From Thecamonas trahens ATCC 50062 (taxonomy: Eukaryota > Protista > Apusomonadida), in assembly GCF_000142905.1 (NCBI RefSeq), contig NW_013657671.1, positions 546,465 through 584,593 of the forward strand: a stretch of DNA of 38,129 nucleotides, given 5' to 3'. Below are positions 22,917-30,671 of the stretch, piece after piece. Each line of letters begins with the position of its first letter. Within the stretch, counting starts at the first letter, position 1. A program made the translations under genes and the position numbers. The notes beneath the pieces were generated by a model. The model did not search any database and had not been told where the DNA came from. It saw nothing but the letters and a program-made list of their open reading frames with translations.

Positions 22917-23239
22917 TTAGGCAGTCGAGGTGGTGTACTTGGTGACGGCCTTGGTGCCCTCGGACACGGCGTGCTTGGCGAGCTCACCGGGGAGGATGAG
23001 ACGGGCAGCGGTCTGGATTTCGCGGGAGGTGATGGTCTGCTTGCCCGAGAACTTGGCAAGGCGCGAGGCCTCGAGGGCGATCTTCTCAAAGGTGTCGTTG
23101 ACGAACGAGTTCATGATCGACATAGCGCGGCGGGACATGCCGGTGTCGGGGTGCACCTGCTTGAGCACCTTGTAGATGTACGACGAGTACGACTGCGTCG
23201 GCTTGCGACGGCGGGGGCGGACGACGACTTCTTGGCCAT
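22917..23239 (-). CDS. H2B: Histone H2B (107 aa after correcting a 1-nt deletion in a C run)
   Basis: [41 protein letters not shown]...[33 protein letters not shown]. The ATG at 23239 (MAKKSSSAP) is out of frame by one base at the G run 23213-23217. Confidence 0.96.
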
Positions 23240-23460
23240 GTTGATAGGTTGAGAGTAGTGGATGCAGACGAAAGTCGCGTCGGCGCGCGCGCTGCCGGTG
23301 CGAGGTTTTATACTTTTGGGACTGGCCGAGATATACACTTGTGCAACATGCACTACTGTGTAACTGGGACACGACCAGCACCTCAAAAACAGCCAACCTT
23401 TTCGCTCCTCCCTCTCTCGCTCCGTTCGACATACTTCATTCTCATTACCTAACAGACATA
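23240..23460. promoter_or_regulatory. Bidirectional H2B/H2A promoter region (221 nt)
   Basis: Divergent ATGs at 23239(-) and 23461(+); locally AT-richer; TATAAAA on the minus strand at 23306-23312. Confidence 0.7.
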
Positions 23461-23926
23461 ATGGCTGGCAAGGGTGGCAAGGGCAAGGGCGGCCGCGGTG
23501 GTACGGACACTTGCTGACACATCATGCCCCTCATCCCATCTCTTTTCTCCTCCTCCACTCACCATCATCTCCACGCCCACAGGCAAGTCCAAGTCGCGCA
23601 CGCGCTCCTCGCGCGCCGGGCTTCAGTTCCCGGTTGGCCGTATCCATCGGTTCCTCAAGGAGGGCCGCTACGGCAAGCGCATCGGCTCGGGTGCTCCGGT
23701 CTACCTCGCTGCTGTCCTCGAGTACCTCGCGGCCGAGATCCTCGAGCTCGCTGGCAACGCTGCCCGCGACAACCGTCGTGCGCGCATCAACCCGCGCCAC
23801 ATCCAGCTCGCCATCCGCAACGATGAGGAGCTCAACATGCTGCTCAAGGACGTCTCGATCGCCCAGGGTGGTGTCCTCCCCAACATCCACGCCGTCCTCC
23901 TCCCCAACAAGTCGAAGAAGAAGTAA
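23461..23926 (+). CDS. H2A: Histone H2A (canonical type, no SQ[ED]Y tail); join(23461..23500,23583..23926), 127 aa
   Basis: [13 protein letters not shown]|[86 protein letters not shown]; phase-1 intron GTACGG...CAG at 23501-23582. Confidence 0.97.
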
Positions 23927-23979
23927 GCAAGCTTCGCCTTTCGGCTCGCGCACGCGTGCTCTGGACCTAACACGTCCTA

Positions 23980-24050
23980 CAACAACCTGCGCTCTTCTTA
24001 GAGCGCACCCCCGTTCTCCAGCGAGGGCAGAATAACACAATCGATCAACC
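23980..24050 (+). promoter_or_regulatory. H2A 3' element: histone-type stem-loop plus conserved downstream block
   Basis: CAACAACC-TGCGCTCT-TCTT-AGAGCGCA-CCCCCGTTCTCCAGC-GAGGGCAGAATAACACAATCGATCAACC; the stem starts 61 nt after the H2A stop. Confidence 0.85.
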
Positions 24051-24203
24051 ACCGTGCTCATCATTTCCCCGCCACTACCACCGCCTCAGCTCGTCCCGTC
24101 GTCCGACTCCCGCGGGCGGCACCCGGCTGCCTGCACCACCGCCACCAGCCCCGCACCGTCACCACCGCCAGCCACACACCTCTTCTCCCACCGCTGGTCC
24201 ATC

Positions 24204-25685
24204 ATGCTGCACCTCACACGCACGATGACCTTTGCCCGCATGGCACAGCCACTGTACGTGCCCCCCCCCCCTCTTCCCGCTCTTTCCCTCTCCCCTACCC
24301 CACCGGCCACACGTCCGTGCCGCGCTCCATCGACAGCTTTTGGCGCCAAGGCCAGCTCCGGTCGCCGCTCTCACCAGCTCCCCCCTCCCCCCTCTCCGCC
24401 CCCGCGTCATCACAGGAGCATGGGCCTGCACTCGGCAGCAAGCGTGTGGAAGGGCAATGGAAAGGCCAAGGCCAAGGCAGCAGGCCAGAGCAGCAGCAAG
24501 GCGGCAGAGATGTTCGAGCCGGCTGAGCGGTCGTCCGAGGTGGAGGCGTTTTTGGCGGGAAACTTTGAGAGCTCAGCGAGCGAGGGCTCAACGAGCACGG
24601 GCTCGGCGAGCAGCGCCAAGGACGCGGGCGAGCGGTCGTTGCCGACGCCGCCGACGGCGTATGCGGCGGATCCTCCGGCCGACTACGACTATGAGCGGCC
24701 GAAGATCTCGGTGGTGGGCGTGGGCGGCGCCGGCGGCAACGCGGTCAACAACATGATCCTGTCGCAGCTAGAGGGTGTGGACTTTGTGGTGTGCAACACG
24801 GACAACCAGGCGCTGTCACAGGCGGCGACCGACGCTCGGATTCAGCTTGGATCCAAGGTGACGCGTGGGCTCGGCGCCGGCGCCAACCCGGACATCGGGC
24901 GCGAGGCCGCGCTCGAGTCAATGCCGGACATTCTGGCTGCTGTCGGCGACGCCAACATGGTGTTCATCACCGCCGGTATGGGTGGCGGAACCGGGACTGG
25001 AGCGGCGCCCGAGATTGCGCGGCACATTGCGTCGCGCGGTGTGCTGACGGTTGGCGTCGTCACCCTCCCGTTCGACTTTGAAGGCCGCAACCGGCAGCGG
25101 CTTGCGCTCGAGGGCCTGGCCAAGCTCGAGGAGTCTGTCGACACGCTCATTGTCATTCCCAACCAGAAGCTGATGACCAAGGTGACGGCACGGACATCGC
25201 TGCGCGACGCGTTTGGCCTCGCCGACTTTGTGCTGCAGGCCGGCGTGCGGTCGGTTACCGACCTCATGGTCATGCCGGGCCTCATCAACCTCGACTTTGC
25301 CGACGTCCGGGCGGTCATGTGGGAGCAGGGCCGGGCCATGATGGGCTCCGGCCAGGCGTCCGGCGAGAGCCGTGCGGTCGACGCGGCCTCGGCCGCCATC
25401 TCCAACGACTTGCTCGCCGACTCGGACCTGTCGTCGGCGTCGGGCATGCTCATCAACATCGCCGGCTCGACCGACATGACGTTGTGGGAGATCAACGAGG
25501 CCGCCAAGACCGTGCAGGAGGTCATCGCTGACGACGACGCCAACATCATCTTTGGCTCGACCTACGACGCCAACCTGCCCGAGGACACCGTCCGCGTCTC
25601 GGTCGTCGCCACCGGCATCGGCGGCCCGGTCTCGCTCAACCTCCGCTCCACCGACCAGTGGGGCAACGAGCGCGCGGCTGCGTGA
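24204..25685 (+). CDS. ftsZ: Mitochondrial-type FtsZ; probable join(24204..24253,24416..25685), with an optional micro-exon 24337..24360
   Basis: [35 protein letters not shown], tubulin signature [25 protein letters not shown]7 loop [20 protein letters not shown]...VSVVATG. The spliced N-terminus [29 protein letters not shown] is Arg-containing and acid-free, like a presequence. Confidence 0.95.
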   Translation: MLHLTRTMTFARMAQPLYVPPPPLPALSLSPTPPATRPCRAPSTAFGAKASSGRRSHQLPPPPSPPPRHHRSMGLHSAASVWKGNGKAKAKAAGQSSSKAAEMFEPAERSSEVEAFLAGNFESSASEGSTSTGSASSAKDAGERSLPTPPTAYAADPPADYDYERPKISVVGVGGAGGNAVNNMILSQLEGVDFVVCNTDNQALSQAATDARIQLGSKVTRGLGAGANPDIGREAALESMPDILAAVGDANMVFITAGMGGGTGTGAAPEIARHIASRGVLTVGVVTLPFDFEGRNRQRLALEGLAKLEESVDTLIVIPNQKLMTKVTARTSLRDAFGLADFVLQAGVRSVTDLMVMPGLINLDFADVRAVMWEQGRAMMGSGQASGESRAVDAASAAISNDLLADSDLSSASGMLINIAGSTDMTLWEINEAAKTVQEVIADDDANIIFGSTYDANLPEDTVRVSVVATGIGGPVSLNLRSTDQWGNERAAA

Positions 25686-25846
25686 AGCCGCGTCTAGCCC
25701 AGCTCTATGTTCTCTGCTAAATCCTCACCTGTATCCTGCGCATGCAAGGCATTGCTAGGCGGTTGCGCACCACACTGCCAGAACGGGCCACTCGAGCAAA
25801 CTGGCCACACCGCGATACACTCGGCTTGCGAGGAGACGGCGGCAAC

Positions 25847-28800
25847 ATGGAGTGGCAGCCAGACGCAAACATCATGACAGAGATCTGCCAGTTGCTGCAG
25901 ATGGCACAGACATCCTCGACAAGCGTCCACCATGACGTGTACCAGGTGCGTACTTGGCCGTCTTCACCATGCCTCCCACGGGCGTGCTGGAGCACGTGGT
26001 CCCCGAGGGGGAGAGAGAGAGAGTGTGTGTGTGTGCGGCGAGGATGGCCATCCATCGGCCATTGCCGGCCGACGGGGGAAATTGCCCACGCGAGGCACAG
26101 GCGACAAAGCCAGCAGCATGCTAGCGAAATGCTTTACAGGCATGGCACGAGCTTGAGGTGTGCGCGGGGCTATTGTGGTTGTTAGCTTTATCGCGGCGCT
26201 TTGCATGGCTGTGTGAGACCGGGTCGGCGGTGGCGGTGGCCGCCAAAGTCTTGGGCTCTCCCCACCCCCCTCGTGGTTGTGGTCCAAGTCAAGGGACATT
26301 CCTTCGAGCACCACAGGGCGGAAGACACAGCACGACGGAGGATGGCGGGCAAGTCATGGGAGCTGGCATGAGCGGATGTTTTTGCGGAAGGGGGGGGGGG
26401 GTGAAGGGGAGGCGAGGGAGGGGGAGGGGGGTATGGACTCACAGCGATGGCTGCGGTGGGTCTGTGGACGAGATAGAGGCTAGAGCAGTACGAGCAGATG
26501 GAAGAGTTCAACTGCTATCTGATGTTTGTGCTTGTGCACATGACGGCTGCTGCCGAGAACGTGCGGGCTGCGGCAGGGCTCCTCCTCAAGCGCAATGTCA
26601 TGCACGGGTTTACGCGGCTGCCGAGTGATGTGCAAACGTACATCAAGATGCAGGTTGTGCAGGTGATTGGCAATGAGCACGCGCTCATCCAGGCGACTGC
26701 GGGCGTGATCATTGCGACGATCATCGACAACATCAACTTTTCGGGATGGCCCGAGCTCCTCGACGGTCTCTCGTCGATGTGTGACTCGGACAACGAGCTC
26801 GACGTGGTCGGCTCGCTGTCGGTGATGCGCAAGCTCTGCGCGGACCATGCGTATGAGATCCACCGATTCCAGAACGGTATGGCGCTCGAGTACCTAGTGC
26901 CCAAGTGGATGGCGTTCTTTACGCACGGGAACCACAAGATCCGGCGCAACGCGCTGGCGTGCGTCAAGGAGTTTATCCTGCTCCGGTCTTCCGGCTTTCT
27001 CAAGGTGGCGGAGGACTTTGTGGCAGGTCTGTACCACCTGGCGACGGACGAGCACGTACCGATTCAGCGGATGGTGTGCGACGCGATGGTGCAGATGCTC
27101 GAGGTGCGTGCGGACTTGTTCCTGGACCAGATGGACCAGGTGGTGCAGTACATGCTGGTGTGCACGGCATCGGACGACGAGCTCCTTGCGCTCGAGGCGT
27201 GCGAGTTCTGGGCGACGTTTGCCGAGGCTGCCGTTGCCGAGAAGCTCATCCGGCCACAGCTCGACGTCCTTGTCCCGGTCCTGCTCAAGAACATGATCTA
27301 CTCTGAGTTTGACCTTCTCATGCTCGGCGGTTTTGAGGACGACACGCACGAGCCGGACCTTGCCAAAGACATTGCGCCGCGGTTCCACGCCTCTGCCATG
27401 GTCTCGCACGGACACGAGCAGCTCTCGGACGACGAGGAGGAGGAAGAGGGAGCGGACCAGTATTCTGCCGAGTGGAACCTGCGCAAGTCTGCGGCGGCGG
27501 CTATTGACGTGCTCGCGGGAGTGTTCAAGGAGGAGCTCCTCCCGCACGTCATGCCGGTTATCATGGAGATGATGAACTCTGAGGAGTGGTCCGAGCGCGA
27601 GTCGGCCATTCTTGCGCTCGGGGCTATTTCGGTGGGGTGCGGCGCCGGGCTCGCCGAGTTCCTACCCGAGACGCTGAGCCACTTGCTCGGCGTGACGCTC
27701 GAGGACCCTGTTCCGCTCATTCGCAAGATCACGTGCTGGACGCTCTCGCGGTATGCCGAGTGGGTGGTGTGGATGGAGCAACCGGAGGAGACGCTCTACC
27801 CGTTTGTGCAGGCGCTGCTGGGGCGCGTCCTCGACCGCAACAAGCAGGTGCAGGAGGCGGCGTGCTCGGCGCTGGCTGTGGTAGAGGAGAAGGCGTCGAC
27901 AGCCCTCATTCCGATGTTTCCGGCCATTCTCAACACGTACGTCCAGGCCATGGAGATGTACCAGATCCGGTCGCGGCGGCTGTTGTATGACGCCATTGGC
28001 GCGCTCGCCGAGAACACCAACAAGGAGCTGCGGCGTGAGGAGTACGCGGCGATTCTGCTCCCGGCGCTGATGGCGCAGTGGCAGGCGGTCTCGATCGACG
28101 ACCCCTCACTGTTCCCGCTGATGGAGGCACTGACGTCGGTCTCGTCGGCCGTGGGCATGTACTTCCTTGACTACGCGCCGGCCGTCTTCCTGCAGTGCGC
28201 CACGGTCATGTCCGAGACGCTCAACGCGTGGGCCGACCCGTCGTCGGTCAACGACTTGCCATCGAAGGAGTTCCTTGTTTGCTCGCTCGACCTGCTTGCC
28301 GGCGTTGTGGACGCCATCGGCGCCGAGGTTGAGCCGCTGGTGGTGGAGACCAAGATGATGGACATGGTGTGCGCGTGCGTGGTCGATGACGTCGCTGACG
28401 TTCGGCAGTCGGGCTTTGCCGTCCTCGGCGACCTTGCCAAGGCCGTCATCCACATTGTGGGTGGCTACCTTGAGCAGCTGCTGCCGATTCTCATTCAGAA
28501 CCTCGACCCGCAGCACTCGTCGGTGTGTAACAACGCGGTGTGGGCCATCGGCCAGATTGCCATGCAGGTGGGCGACTCGCTCGTGCCATACGTCAACACC
28601 ATCCTCGAGCGGCTCATTCCCATCATGAACCGGCCAAAGACCTCGCGCTCGCTTCTCGAGAACACCGCCATCACCCTCGGCCGGCTCGGCATCCACTGCA
28701 CGGACCTCGTCGCCCCGCACCTCGACTCGTTCCTGATGCCGTGGTGCACCTCGCTCTCATCGATCTTTGATGATCCCGAGAAGGACTCGGCCTTCCGCGG

Positions 28801-29029
28801 CCTCTGCCTCATGATTGCCGCCAACCCGGACGGTGCCACTGAGAACTTTCCGCTCGTCTGCGGTGCCATTGCCTCGTGGAAGTCGCCGCCCGACGATCTG
28901 CGTGAAATGTTTGGCCAGATCCTCTTTGCCTTTAAGTCATCGATGGACCTCGCCAACTGGGCCGAGTACTACGCCAACTTTCCGCCCGACCTCAAGGACA
29001 CCCTCTTCAACTTTTACGGCCTCAACTGA
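25847..29029 (+). CDS. TNPO1: Transportin-1 / importin beta-2; join(25847..25945,26477..29029)
   Basis: MEWQPD..IC.LL; spliced VYQ|RLEQYEQMEEFNCYLMFVL; AAGLLLK; ALEACEFW; acidic H8 loop PD...DI.PRFH...DDEEEEEG; WNLRKSAAAA.D; R.ITCWTLSRY; NK.VQEAACSA; VRQS.FA.LGDL; SVCNNA.WAIG; LLENTAITLGRLG. Intron GTGCGT...ACTCAC...TAG. Confidence 0.95.
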
Positions 29030-29292
29030 GTGCTTGACCGTCGTGAGCCCGGGGGGCCAGCGGCCGAGGGTTCGATGCCAGCATCTTGCTTGGCCAAAAG
29101 AGGCTCATCCACCGTAGCGTGGTCCTCGTACTCTGCCCCGGCCTCTGCCCAGGCGCTCGTGCCCACCGAGTCAGATTCGCCCACAGGGTGTCACTATCCA
29201 CTGGCCGGCCATCAGCCAGTTGTCGGGCGAGCCGTCGCCTCGGCCCGTCACCCGCCGACACCCGACTCTTTCTCTTCCCCCCTCATCACCAA

Positions 29293-30480
29293 ATGAACTA
29301 CCGCGGCCACATCCAGGTCATCTTCGGCCCCATGTTCTCGGGTACGCCACACAACAGCGCCCCCTTCCCCTCTCCCCCTCCCTCTCCCCCTCTCCCGCGC
29401 CTCCCACGTCCACTCACTCAATTGCCTTCTTCATACCCCAACTCAGGCAAGTCGACTGAGCTCCTTCGTCGGGTCAAGCGATACACCATTGCCAACAAGC
29501 GGGTGGCCCTCCTCAAGTACCACGCCGACGCACGGTACTCGGAGACATCTGTGGCGACCCACGACAAGTACGTACTCCCCCTTCCACCTGTATCCATGTT
29601 CTCTGTCTCTTGTGGAGCCCCTCGTCCCCGTCCCCCCCCCCCCCCCCCCCTGGCCAGCGCGCCGAGTGATGGGTAGAATCTTCAGCCGCGAAGCGCGGGG
29701 CACTCACCACAGTCAACCGGGCATGGATGGGGATAGGCAAACACTGGAGGCGTTCTCATGCGAGCGTCTGGAAGATGCCCGTGCATATGTCGCTGATGCC
29801 CAGGTTGTGGCCATCGACGAGGGTCAGTTTGTACGTACTCTCTATGGATAGGGTGGGCGTGGGTTGCCGTCGCTGAAAGTGGCTCGTCGGCCCGCTGACC
29901 GGTTGGCGCCAACCTTTGCGCACTTTTTGGCATTGCGTGGAATCTATTGCCAGGGGCCAGGGCGGCGGCGCAGGGTGCAGAGAAGGAGATGAAGGTCACT
30001 AACATGTTGCGGGTGGGTTGATTTGGCTGGTTGTTGGCTGTGGGCGAGGTGCAGTTCCCGGACACGGTGGCGTTTGCGGAGGAGATGGCCGATGCGGGCA
30101 AGGTGGTGATCGTGGCTGCGCTTGATGGCACGTTCCAGCGCAAGGCGTTTGGAGATATCCTTGCGCTGGTGCCGCTTGCGGAGGAGGTGACCAAGCTCAA
30201 CGCAGTGTGTATGGTGTGCTACGGGCCCGGCTCATTCTCGAAGCGGCTGGGGACCGAGACGGCGGTGGAGGTCATCGGCGGCGCTGACAAGTACGTCGCC
30301 GTCTGCCGGCGGTGCTACAACCTGCCGGCATCCAAGGTGTACGAGGAGGCTGCGGCTGATGCCGAGGAGACCGCCGCGCATGTCGTTGATGATCAGGCTG
30401 CGGCGCTCAAGATCATCTCCATGGGCGCAGCTCCGCAGACCACAATGTCGGTCGGCATGTCGTCGGGCCGGGCACTGTAG
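29293..30480 (+). CDS. TK1: Thymidine kinase (TK1 type); join(29293..29341,29447..29567,29737..29830,30055..30480)
   Basis: [11 protein letters not shown]|GKSTEL, KY..D.RY...THD|K, V.IDEGQF|[30 protein letters not shown]...E.IGGADKY.AVCR.CY. Three GTACG[CT]..AG introns keep the frame. Confidence 0.95.
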
Positions 30481-30671
30481 GTCGACTCATAACTACAACA
30501 AACAACGAGATGATCTTGCAAAGGGATGCGTTGATGGGAGTGCCTGTCTATGTGCTGCTGCTGAGCCAGGCATCGGTACAGTGCCCGGTAGCTGTGGGTG
30601 AGTAGAAAAAAATGCTCTTCTATGCCCTAGCCCGTCCTCCCTACTTACCGGGGCTGACAACACTCGACCCG

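Noticed and set aside
22794-24050. The inverted pair of 3' elements as terminal inverted repeats of a transposon carrying H2A-H2B
   Set aside because: The inversion follows from the divergent gene orientation. Similarity is split into two blocks around a variable spacer, sits at equal distance from both stops and matches histone stem-loop features; I saw no target-site duplication or transposase. Not formally excluded without a genome-wide search.
24204-25685. Bacterial contamination or a prokaryotic origin for the window because of ftsZ
   Set aside because: Flanked by histones and transportin, has spliceosomal intron signals and a presequence-like leader, and shares host codon usage.
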